Source: Lama guanicoe | Taxonomy: Eukaryota | Assembly: GCA_013239625.1 (NCBI GenBank) | Contig: MU053431.1 | Span: 2,506,485-2,570,484 of the forward strand | Direction of reading: 5' to 3' | DNA length: 64,000 nt | In this document: positions 13,001 to 24,310 of the stretch, one piece after another | How the letters are laid out: every line of letters begins with the position of its first letter | Numbering within the stretch: the first letter of the stretch is position 1 | Program-made: the position numbers and the translations under genes | Notes under the pieces: generated by a model | Databases searched by the model: none | The model's input: only the letters and a program-made list of their open reading frames with translations | Told to the model about the DNA's origin: nothing

Positions 13001-15112
13001 CACAAAGGCCCGCAGAGGGCAGCGTCTCCAAGGCCCGTCCGAGGCGCCTGCCCGACACGCTTCCACCGAGGCGCCGCCGTTCCACTCGTCCACCCGAGTC
13101 CCGCCACACGACCTCCCTCCGCCTCTGGGGCCTGCAGCACAACCGGAACCACACCCCACACACACTCGTCTCCTCCGGTCCTCCGGGGCCACCCTCACAG
13201 TGGCACCCCCATTGCCCCATCTACCCTCTCACTGTGACCGCCTCCCCGAGCACTCACAGCGGGCCGACTGGTGGGTTACAAGAGTGTGTTTCCAGAAAGC
13301 CCGTCTGTCTGCATCACCCCACACCGTTCCTGTGTAACTCAGGGCAGCCAACCTTTGTACGTGGGGGATCACTCCTGGGACGTCAGTCTGGAGAGCAGCG
13401 AGTCCACACTGCAGACAGGTAAGTGGCTGGCGGGTGGGATTCTCGCTGGGCTCTCCGGGCCCTGGGCATGGCCGGATGACTGCGTCAGAGTGGAGCCGCG
13501 GAAGCTCACAGGTCACACCCTCCGTGCTCTGAGAGGGCGACCTGCCCAAAGCAAGTGTCCCCCTTCCACGAGGCAGCCGTGGCTGCTGCAGATTCTCAGC
13601 CCAAGAGGGCTGCTCCACGGAGGAGGATGACCCCCGGCCTTGGGCCTTCTCGCAGCAAGACCATGTAACCAGAGGGAAATGAAGCGGCTATGGAAGCAAA
13701 ACCTTACAAAGAAGTGCCTCGACCCGCAAGTAGCAGTGCTGCCTGCCTTACGTAAATAAGGACATCTGAGAATCAGTCACAAATGCGGATCTTTCCAGAG
13801 GAGGACCGCACACCTGTCCCACAAGGTGATGCAGTGACGAGGTGCCCCTCGGGGACCAGGAACAGGACTGCTTCACTGAGACTTCCCCCAAAAGATGAAG
13901 CGTGCTCTGTGACCCTGGATGTTTAGGATGGAATTTGTGTGCTGAATCAAGACCTTTGGAAAGCATCGCTTGAAACTAAATCACTTCTCACACCCACCCC
14001 CCACAGCCAGTCAGCCCCCCAAAGCTGCCTGGCCCCAAGGGTCCTGCCCTCTCACTTGCTATCCACTCTCTGCAAAGCAGAAGTTAGGACAGAATTCGCT
14101 CCCCAAGTGCCAGGACCAGGAGCTGGTACTGTGGGTCCAACGCTGGACTGGGGAGGGGTCTGCAAGGACACCCTTTCCCTCCAATAGTTCTTAGAGACTC
14201 AGACGTGCCCCCCCACCACCACCATCCTGCTCCGAGATCTCACTAGCATTTGTCACCCACAGTGGGTCACATCAGTGGTTCCTGTATGCCCCCCACCCTG
14301 GCCCATCCCGGGAGGTCACCGGCCCCTCTGCAGGAACTCTGTCCCCAGTCTGGCCCGCAGGCTGGTCTACAGCAGGGCTTCAAATATGCAGTCTCTGTCA
14401 GGAATAGAAACTCCGTGAGTATCTGCCCAGCACGACTAGAAAGACACAACAGCTCTGTAAATGCTGCTGAAAATACGCTAACATCATTTTCCGACTTTCT
14501 AAAGAGCTTAGGTCACTGACTTTTTAAGGCCAAACAGTGATGTTTTAAAATATTTAGTCATTTAAAATCTAAATAAGAGTTAAGCAGCATGGCTGATACA
14601 GAACGGAACACTGCGTAAATCACACTGACATCAAATCTGACAGGTCTGGCTTGTTTTCATCCTTTACTAGAACAACTTTTTAGTTTGTTAGGAACTTTTC
14701 CATGATGCCCCCACCTGTGGACAGTACCACCATACATATTCTGCCATCACCCGCACATCGGAACACTAAGCCCCAACTCATGTGTCAAGTGCATAAAGGC
14801 AGAGAAGAGAGAAAGCCTGGACACCCCTGCGGTCCAAGACCCCAGCTGTACTGGCCGCGCCAGAGCCAAGAGCGGAGGACACGTGCCAAGATTAAGATAA
14901 GACAACTGTGTATCAAAGACGAAACTGAGTCTTGCGGCCTCAAGAGAGATTTTCAATCATCCATTTATTCTGACGAGTTAGGCCCTTCAAGCAAACTTGT
15001 GGTGACAGAAGAATCTTTCTTGCTCAGGGGATGGGGCAGATTCACAAGGGAATTCTTGACAACCTACCATCACTCAACAGACTTTAAAATCTGCTAAATC
15101 AGAGAGAAGAGA

Positions 15113-15232
15113 GGGCAGGGTACAGCTCAGTGGTAGAGTGCACACCTAGCACGCATGAGGTCCTGGATTCAATCCCCAGTACCTCCACTAAGTAAATAAA
15201 TTAATTAATTAAATTACCTCCCCCATCAAAAA
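15113..15232 (+). mobile_element. tRNA-derived SINE (Vic-1-like)
   Basis: A box CAGCTCAGTGG, B box GATTCAATCC, tail AAATTACCTCCCCC, AG-rich duplicated flanks. Confidence 0.9.
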
Positions 15233-16859
15233 GAGAGAGAGAGAAAGCCTACATTTTTATGAGAACACGAAGCCCTCAGAGCAGGGGCCAAGATGGAGGA
15301 GCAGTGGTTTCTAGAATTCTCCACCCACTTTAACGCAGCAGCCAAGAGGGCACCTGAGCACCTAAGACATCGGCAGAGCGAGGAATTAGCTCAAGTTCAC
15401 GGCTCCCCGGGCCCGCTGCAGACCTGCACAGACAGTTGTGCGGGTGCTCTCAGCTGGTCGAAGGCCTCTGGTAGAGAGCAGAACAGACCGCACGGCTGCC
15501 CCAGAAACACAGACCCCCGGGACACCGTGGCCCACTTTCCCTTAATTTGAAAAACCCCACATAAGGACAATGTTGGAAAGTTGTTAATACTTGGTTCAAC
15601 ATGTTTGCAAATAACACATCGTCTGACTGTAGAAGTCCTGGGAGCTGCCTCACCCATTCTCAGTGCTGACCACACCTTCCAGTGTGAATGTGTGACCTAC
15701 GGCAGCAAGGCGTCACCCTGACCTGGATAACTGAGTCGGGACTTGGAGCATCCCAGAGGGCTGGTGCCCCCGCAGCCACCAGTCTGCCAATTCCGAACGT
15801 CAGATACAGGATGTGGACAAACAGCTCATTTTCAAACACAAAACAGCTAAACCCGAACAGCAATTATCTCACCTAATCTAAACCAAATTCTTACACCCAG
15901 GATGATGTCAGTGAGGCCCACTTACATGTCATCCGGAGACTGGCTTCCAGGAAAGGATGAATTTTTGGTTTATCCTAAGGTAAGTACTTTCCACCACTTC
16001 CTAAAGAGAACTCTCGCAACAACCCTCCCCCAAACACACACACCTTCCCTTCAGTAAAGGGAATGAAAATAATTATCAAGAGGGCACACTGTCTAAGTTC
16101 CTACTTAAATCCAGTAACTTCTGCTTCAGATCACTCACTCCTTTCCAGAATAGCAAGGTGTCCAAAGTTTTAAGTTCAAAATGTACCAAGTGGAAGGGTT
16201 CTACTATGAGAGAATTCTGTTGTCTACTTCATTATTCATGCGAAAAACCCTTCTAAAAATGTCCCTTTCGGGGAACAAACTATTTCCCACTCTCGGAGAG
16301 AGTGCCTTGCACAGGCAGCACACAGGCCAGCAACAGAGTGAATCCAGTCTGTTACCCAAAAGGGAAGTTAGCTTTGATAAGAAATCCATTATGAAAGATT
16401 CTACAACAGATATAATTAAAGCGCACACTAGGGCTCCGCACAGGTGTCTGCGCCCAGTCGTTTCGCTAAACGTGTGGTCTAATTAGCATTTCTGTACACA
16501 ATGCTGATAACGATCTTGCCGTAATCCGCGACAAATACGTCGCTGAGATTGTAGCTCGGAAAGCGTGAGGAAATTCGCTGAGAATCTCAGTCAAACTTTC
16601 TTTTGTTTGTATTTCCTCGGTGTCAGAAAATACCAGCTCTTCACCCATTTGGTTTGCACCCAGGCTCCTCGGTCCAGCCCTATTGTGCGTGGTCCGTTAA
16701 GCCCGTAAGTCGTGAATTTGTTAACAGAGCTGGAGGGACCCCAACTAGCCAGAATCCTCGTCCTGGTGCAGAAATCCCCCATTTGCCATCGGGATTGAGT
16801 TGTCAGACAGGGACTCGCGCTACCCTGTGAAACTGACATGTCTATTTACAGAGAAACAA

Positions 16860-19020
16860 AGACGCGGCTCGCGGCGGACCCTGCTCCCTCCGCGCGCCCC
16901 GTCCGCTCCGCGCGCCCCTCGCCGCTCTGCGCGCCCCGTCCCCTCCGCGCTCCTCTAGCCGCCCGGCCTTGAGGCCCCCGAGCTCGGATCAACCAGTAAT
17001 TAAAATGGAGACGAGGCTGGTGCCTGGCTTTAGGGGTAGACAATGACCCCCAAGGCCCGGCGGGGCGCGGGGACCCGCCGCGCCCACCTCCCGCAGTTCC
17101 GACTCTTGGCAAACTCGGCGCGGGCGGCTCCGGGTGCGGCTCGGCGGCGCGGGAGGGGGGCAAGCAGGGAGGCGCGGGCGGGGGGCGCCAGGACGCCCCC
17201 GGGCTGCCTCCTGGGGACGGCGTTGACGCAGCAGAAATTACCAGCTGGAAAATTCCCCTTTCGGAGGTGACGGGGGAGGAACCGCGGCGGCGGTGGCGGC
17301 GGCAGGAGGCGCCGAGGGATAGGGGGCGCGGGGCAGCCCCGTCGCCGCCTCCGCCTCCGCGCTCAGCCCCGCGGGGACCCCGCGTCTCCCTCGCCCGCCC
17401 CGCCCAGCCGCGCCACCCAAGCACGGGTACCGGCGGGGGCCAGGCCGGGGTCGCTATCGCCACCCCGGGAGCCGCAGCCGGGCCTGCCGATCGCCGCCGG
17501 GAGGGCGCCCCCGCGGGGCGGGGCGNNNNNNNNNNNNNNNNNNNNNNNNNNNNNNNNNNNNNNNNNNNNNNNNNNNNNNNNNNNNNNNNNNNNNNNNNNN
17601 NNNNNNNNNNNNNNNNNNNNNNNNNNNNNNNNNNNNNNNNNNNNNNNNNNNNNNNNNNNNNNNNNNNNNNNNNNNNNNNNNNNNNNNNNNNNNNNNNNNN
17701 NNNNNNNNNNNNNNNNNNNNNNNNNNNNNNNNNNNNNNNNNNNNNNNNNNNNNNNNNNNNNNNNNNNNNNNNNNNNNNNNNNNNNNNNNNNNNNNNNNNN
17801 NNNNGCCCCCCTGAGATGGGCCAGCCCGGCCGCGGACAATGAGCCGGCGCCGCTTACCTGTGACCCCATGGGGCGCGGGCGCGGGCAGGCGCCGCGGCCG
17901 CCAGACCAGCGCCGGTGATCGCCGCGGCCGCAGGGCGAGCGCTGCGTCCGGGCGGGTCCGAGCTGCGCGCTCGCCTCGGTTGCTGTGTCCGTCTGTCCGT
18001 CCGTCCGAGCTCCGCTCGCGGGGTGGAGGGGGCCGCGGCGGGGGTCGGTTCGCCTCCGCCCCCCCGTGGGCGGCCGGACAGCGGAAGCGCGGGCTAGAGC
18101 TCGCTGGGCATTGTGGGAAGCCCCTCCGCGGGGCTGGCGGGGGGCGGGGGCGGCGCGGCGTGGGGTCTCCGGGCGCCGGTGCCCCTTCCCACGGGGACCC
18201 AGCCCCCGGGAGACCACCCGATGGGAGATGCGGGTCGAGGCGAGGGCACCGCAACGCCTGCCTGGACTGCGCACCCTGGCTTGCCCGCGCGGCTGTTCCT
18301 CTGGGACGCGAGGGTCCCGGGACCACAGGCCGTCCCCGCACCCCGACGCGCAGTCGCGCCGCGCGCCTCTCGCAAACTTCGCGCCTTCCCCGCCGGTTAT
18401 GCAGGCAGCGCGCTGTGCAACCAACAAGCGCTCCCACGGCACCCAGGGGCTCGGGGCCGCGCTGTCGAGGGACCTCAGCGCGCCCAGGGAGAAGTGCACC
18501 TCGGGGCGCGGGCCACGGGATAGTGCCTGGCACTGGGGCTTGGGTTTGGCCAACTTAGGAGAACCGGCGGCAGCGCTCGTCGGTCCTTCCCGCTGCGTCG
18601 TTTGTCCGCTGTGGGTGAGGGTTCCCGCGAAGGAGCGGGAAGCCAGCGGCCTGGGCCTTGCCCCGCTTCTCCCGCAAGCGATCTCGAATCCTGCTGCCCG
18701 AGATGGGCCCTGCCCGTCCCTTCTTGCCCTTGCTTTCCTCGAGTCCTCGGGGCGGGCAGAATAGGAAGATGGGAAGCTGGCCCCGCATTCCTGGCTGGCC
18801 TGTGCGGGGGCAAAGGCCACCTCGCTTCCTCTCCCGGGCGCGACGGTGGGAAGGGAGGTGAGCCTGTGGCTGGCTAGCCGCGCAGGGGAGTCGAGCACGA
18901 GCGGGCCATCCAATGGGGAGGCGCCGCGGACCGTCTGCGCCCTACCTCCCTGCGGGCCCAGCGCCGCGGAATTCCTCGGGAGGTGGGAGGTGGCGGGCAT
19001 TACGGACGCTTTCTCAGGAT
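16860..19020. promoter_or_regulatory. ZBTB46: Large CpG island, probable ZBTB46 promoter (N gap 17526-17804)
   Basis: Very high GC/CpG, GC boxes; ~20 kb upstream of ABHD16B, fitting the conserved gene order; identity from synteny only. Confidence 0.7.
17858..18030 (-). other. ZBTB46: Probable 5' non-coding exon 1 of ZBTB46; intron 1 then extends to the left edge of the window (5' boundary approximate)
   Basis: Strong minus-strand donor CAG|GTAAGC at 17858/17857 with GC boxes just upstream; no BTB or zinc-finger coding sequence seen in the window. Confidence 0.6.
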
Positions 19021-20036
19021 GTGTGAGGAGGCATTCACTGGGCTGCAGTGGGAGTGCAGGCTAGGAGGGTTGGGGAATTCTCCTTGAGTGAACGAGGGCG
19101 GCCGCGGTCTGGCAGCCAGCGATGAAAGGCTGGGACACTCCCTCACTGCAGCCGGCGCCTGGAAATGGCTGTGCAGACACCCTCACCCTACTCCCTTACC
19201 GCTGCCTGGGCCGGCGTCGCTGGCTCAGGAGCCCCCTCCCAAGCCTTTCCCCTGGAGGACCCTCTCTGTCACACCTCCCTGGTCTGCAACCACAGGCCCC
19301 ATTCTCCTTGGCCCTGGCAGGTGGGGGCTGGGCACAGCCACCCTCAGTAGTGGCTGCCTCTAGCCCTCCAGGAGGGTTTGACAGGTCACTCTGTTTTCCC
19401 TTGAAGGGGACAGAGGATGCTCCCTACAGAAGTTCCCCCCACACACAGACCTAGGCAGACCACTCCTCTGATGGCTACCCTCCCCCCTCAGAGACTGCCC
19501 CCGTCTCCCCCAAGGTGGTTCAACCCCCAGACACTCTCCAAGGAGAACAGCACTGCTAGGAAGCCATGTCCATCGTCTGTGCGGGAACAGAGATCTGCTA
19601 AAGACTGCCTTGGTGGAGTACCCAGTGGTGCTCACTCGTTGCTCATGAGGCCTGCCCATGAGAACATAGTCTTTGTTTCGCTGGTACCAGGGCCCACCCC
19701 ACCTGCTAGCCTCAGGCTTCTGGTCTTGGTAGAAAGCCTTGCTGAGGTCTGGGGTGAGTCCCTGGGGCCCTGGGACTCTCTCCACATTCCCCCACCCTGC
19801 ATGATGATGAATCCAACACCCCCTTCCCCAGCAGCCCTGCCAGTGACCGGGGACTGAGATGCCCATCTTTTCTGCTCCAAGAACCAACAGAAGGGCAAGC
19901 AGCCTGAAGATGAAGCTGATTGACCAGAAGGGCAGAACCAAGAACCATCTCAGAGAGCCCTGATCAAGCCGAGCCTGAAACTGAAGGCCACCCACCTCCA
20001 GAGAGTGATGGTTCTGGGAGCTAATAGTCCCCTGTC

Positions 20037-20104
20037 AGAAAGAAAGAAAAGGAAGAAGGAAGGAAGAAAGAGAACAGAAGGAAAGAAAAGAGGAAAGAAA
20101 GGAG
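20037..20104 (+). repeat. Polypurine GAA/GAAA low-complexity tract followed by (CAG)5
   Basis: Direct reading; a single C interrupts the purine run. Confidence 0.85.
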
Positions 20105-23100
20105 CCAGCAGCAGCAGCAGCTGTGGCCTCTCAGCGAGCCCAGAGAAGAGGAGGATCATGTAGCTGGACTCCCTGGAGCCAGCTCGGTGCGTCTGCTGTG
20201 ATAGGGAGATGTTGGCTGCACAGACCCAGGGGCCCCACGTTCATCGGTGCCCAGGATTGGACTCACAGCAGGCAGACACCAGGCTAGGTCAAAAAGCCTC
20301 CACTGTTGCTGGGGTCCTCTGGACCCTGGTGCTGGGACATGCCCTGCACCTCAGCCCTGAGGCCTGGCGCAGACGCCAGGAGGGATCTGCCGCCTGACAA
20401 CCTTTAGTGGGTCCTTCACTGTCTGTAGAAGGGTGGCCTCCGTGTGGACAGCTCTGCCCCAGAGGTGGCTCTGGGAATAGGTGAGGACCAACAGTATGGG
20501 GTCGGCCTCAGTGATACTCTTTGACCAGGGCACCCAGTGTCCAGAGCCAGTGAAGCCAGCAGAGGGATGTCTGGGAGGGCCTGGGGAGTAAGGTGCCTGA
20601 GATGGCCCATAAACCAGCTGTGGTCCCTGCCCTCGCTGCACTGGTGGACAAGATAGGTGAACAACGAATGGTCAGGGTTCTGCGCTGGTCCTTGTGGTGG
20701 TGGTTCTGGAATTCACCCCCAGCCACGTGTGTGAGCATGTCTGAAGCCTGCCCAAGAGGCACCTTGAGGCCATGAGGGGCTGGGGGCCTGGAGAGTGAGC
20801 TGCCCTGAAGCCAGGACTGGGGACTTGGGGGCCAAGGTGCAGAAGCCTTCCAGGTCCACAGAGGCACTTGCTGATGGCCGGCCTTCTGGGCACGCTGCCC
20901 CTGCTCCCACTTACAGATGCCTTGAAGGGCATTCTCAGTTCAGAGAGCTGTGTGGTTAGCAGGGCCCCCCAAAAGTCCTTGCATAGCCCCTGCACCATAT
21001 GCTCAGCCAGCCCTCCACCTGCCCTCCACCCTCACTGTGTGGCTTCAGGGGCAGAGTTGCTGGAGGGGATGCTCTGATACCAAGAGACCAGGGGACCCCC
21101 CCCCTTCAGGCCCCAGTCTGCTCCTATGAGGCTGAGCCCAGGAGGAGCTTTGGGAAGAAGATGAGAGGGACAAGAAGCATCCCTTTGCATCTTCCTTCCC
21201 CGTGTCCCCGTGGGTAACCCCCTTATCAGGGCCCTCTCCACCCCGCCTCCTTCCTCCAAGGCCACGTTTCCCCATCTACCCCAGCGGGTTCTCCAGGGCT
21301 GTCTTCCTGGCAATCACTGGTCAGGAGACCTGCCTGTTTATCCTCCAGCCAGTGGTGTTGCTCAGCCGTCCCCATGGCAACAGCCCTGGGAGTCCTGCCC
21401 CTCCCAGGAAACTGCCCAGAACCTGTCCCTGCCCTTTCCAAGCCCCTGCTGGAAGCACCGGGAGGGAGAGAGGCCGAGGGCAAGGCAGGAGATCCAGGCC
21501 TGAGGATGTCTGGGCTGCGCAGCAAGAACTGACCTCTGCTTGTCACCCTGGGCTCTGCGGATGGACCAGAGGCCACCCCGGGCTGCAGCAGAGCCCCACC
21601 CAAGGGCTGGGGGGCCGCCTCCCTGAGACTAGAGCCAGGCAGGACCTCCTCCCAGGCCTGGCTTGGCCACGTCCGGTGCCAGCTGGCCCTGCCCTCCTGC
21701 TGGGCCTCCCCGAGACCTCCCTCCAGAGCCAGAGGCTACCTGCCAACCCCATGGCTGCCCCACCCCAACTGTCCTCCGGGCCTGCACCCCTGCCAAGCCC
21801 CACTGCCGCTCCAGCTGCCACCGCCAACTGTCGCCCCGTTCCATTCCAAGTGCTCACCCCCAACCGTCCTTCCAAAATGCCACTGCCAACTGCCAGCCCC
21901 CTTCCTTCCTGAGCCCCAGCTCCCAGCTGCACCCCCTAAACCCTGCACCAGGGCTCTGCATTCCAGACCATCTCTCCAAAGAGAGGCTGTGCCACACCTG
22001 CCATGTGCCCGGGAAGGGCTGGTGTCAGAGGGCAGGGCAGAAGGCTGGAGGAGGAGCCGGGGGCTGAGGGCTTGGAGGATGGGGCAGAAGCCGGGGAGGA
22101 AGCAGAGGGCAGAGCCACCGTCCTGCCAGCTGCAAGGCCAGGCCGCCAGCGCAGGGTGGGGAGGGAGGCCAGGTCCAACCTAGGCAGGCCCGGGTTGAGG
22201 GGCTGTGGGCAGAGCTGGAGCCTGTTCCTGGGGCTCTGTGAACAGCTTGGCCTGACCACCTACCTTGGCCTGTCCTGGCCACTTTGCCACACTCCCCACC
22301 AGGCCTCTCTTGGGGCCACCAGCTTTCCCCAGCCCCAGGCAGGCTAGCCCTCGGGCCTCCACTGTCTGAGGCCAGTCTAAGCTCAGAGGGTGGCACGGGG
22401 CTCCCTCACTGGGCCAGCCAGTTCCTTTGTCTTCTCACCCTGCAGTGAGAAGGGTCCTCTGGTGGTCCCAGACTTCGCCTTGCCACCCCCTCTTCCTTCC
22501 TGAATCCCCCTTTCCCTGTTTATCCTGTGGTCCTTGTGGAGGCTTCATCTGAAGATGCTCCCCTCCTCCCCGCCCCCACCCCGCATCTGGTCTCCACAGC
22601 CTCGGCTTCCCCTGAGCGCACAGCAGGCACCCTATCCAACTGGCACCTCATCTGGCCCTGGGAGGAAAGGGGAGCCAGGGCCCGGCTGAGCCAGGAGGCA
22701 ATACTGCCTGCCACAGGTGTGGGCCTAGGGCTGTAATTCCATCTCAGGCGGGCTCTGGAAACTGGGAGGCCACAGGGGACCAGGCAGTCAGCACTGGAGC
22801 AGGGCAGGGGGGCCGGGGGCCTCCGTCCCCGCTGGGGGAGTGCAGCTGCTCCCCAGGGCCACGGCTACCACAGCTCGCGTTGCAGGAGCTGGTGATTGCT
22901 GCAGATAGTCACAGCAGGGAAGGGGACACCGGGCTCTCCCCAGCATCCTGCGAGGTCAGGATGCGAATGCGTGCACTGGAGGCTATGTCACCAGAGCCTG
23001 ATCGAGCACCGTCCTGGGAGGAAAGGGGGACGGGCACGTTCCCTGAGCCCCTCCTCTGTGCAGGAGTCTCCCAACGTGGCATGGCCCGATGGGGCAGGGC

Positions 23101-23399
23101 TTGCCCAGGGTCACCTGGCCCACTTATTGTGCTAGGGGATGGGAGGAGGAGGAGGAAACGGAGGTGATGGGGGGGCTCTGTCCTGCAAGGTCCAGGCCCT
23201 GCCCCCACCAGAGGAGGGTTTTCAGGGTCCCCTAGGCGGGCTTGGAGGGGCCTGGGCCGTGTAACCCTGCCTGCTGCCTTGACTCAGCCATGTACCATCC
23301 GCTCGCTCACCCCACAGCTCTCATGGAGCATATGGAACCTGCCACATGCCGGGATGGCCTAAGTCTGGAAAGCAAGACAAAATTCCTCACATTCTGGGA

Positions 23400-24310
23400 C
23401 AGAGCCAGCGATGAACAGGTCAGCCAGGAGACCAACTAGAGCCTCCCGATGGCAAAATGGACCTGAGAAGATGGCTCCACGGAGAAAGGACTGACACCAG
23501 GGCCAAGGCAGGGAAGACACAGGGCAAGTGTGTAGCAGTGCTGGTGGAATGGGGCAGGACACAGGACACAGGAGCTGATGGCCAGAGCTGGGACCACCTG
23601 AGCATCACAGTAACATTATGCTGGATGTCACACAAAGTATGAAGCTGTCCCCACGAGGGCGTGCCGACATGAATGCCCAACAGGAGGACTCCAAGGGGCA
23701 CCCTCCAGGAGGTGGAGGGGAACCCCACACACATCCTGAGAGTGGGCACCCCTGAATAAGAAAGCGAAAAGGGAAAGGGAGGGGCTTTACCATGGAGGAA
23801 ACTGGCAGGCAGCACCCTCTCCGGTGACCAAGTGAGCGTCACCAGGGATGTCACGGGACGTCAGTCCCCTGGTGGGATGTGACGGATGAGAAGGGCACCT
23901 CTCCTCTGCGTGTTCTTCCCCAAATTCATGACCCAGGTCTAATCGTGAGAAAACACATCAGAGAAACCCAGACGGAGGGACATTCTGCAAACACCTGACC
24001 GGTTCCCCTCAAAACTGCCGAGGCCATGAAACAAGGGACATCTGAGAAATGGTCCCAGCCCAGGAGTCTGAGGAGACGGGCCAACTCTGCAATGGGGTGC
24101 CCCAGGTTGGGTCCTGGAGTGGGAGAGGGACACGGGTGGAAAAACTGGTGAAATCCAAACAGGGTCTGGGCTGCACTTGAGAAAGCTGCCTTGGTGATGC
24201 TCACTGATAACTTAGGGGGGCCTGAGCTGAGTGAGGGGCACACAGGGGCTCTCAGGACTTCCAAGTGTCCCCACCTCTCCAGATACCTAAAACCCTTCCA
24301 AAATAAAAGG
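23400..24310 (+). mobile_element. Ancient L1M (L1MC/MD-like) 3' UTR fragment; boundaries approximate
   Basis: TCTAATCGTGAGAAAACACATCAGAGAAACCCA..GAGGGACATTCTGCAAA, GGAAAAACTGGTGAAATCCAAA. Confidence 0.7.

Noticed and set aside
15113-15190. tRNA gene (A and B boxes)
   Set aside because: No acceptor stem or cloverleaf; has a SINE tail and dispersed copies
17267-19000. Long ORFs (545, 359, 259, 239 aa) over the ZBTB46 island
   Set aside because: Open in many frames on both strands, Arg/Pro/Gly/Ala-rich, some spanning Ns: stop depletion from extreme GC
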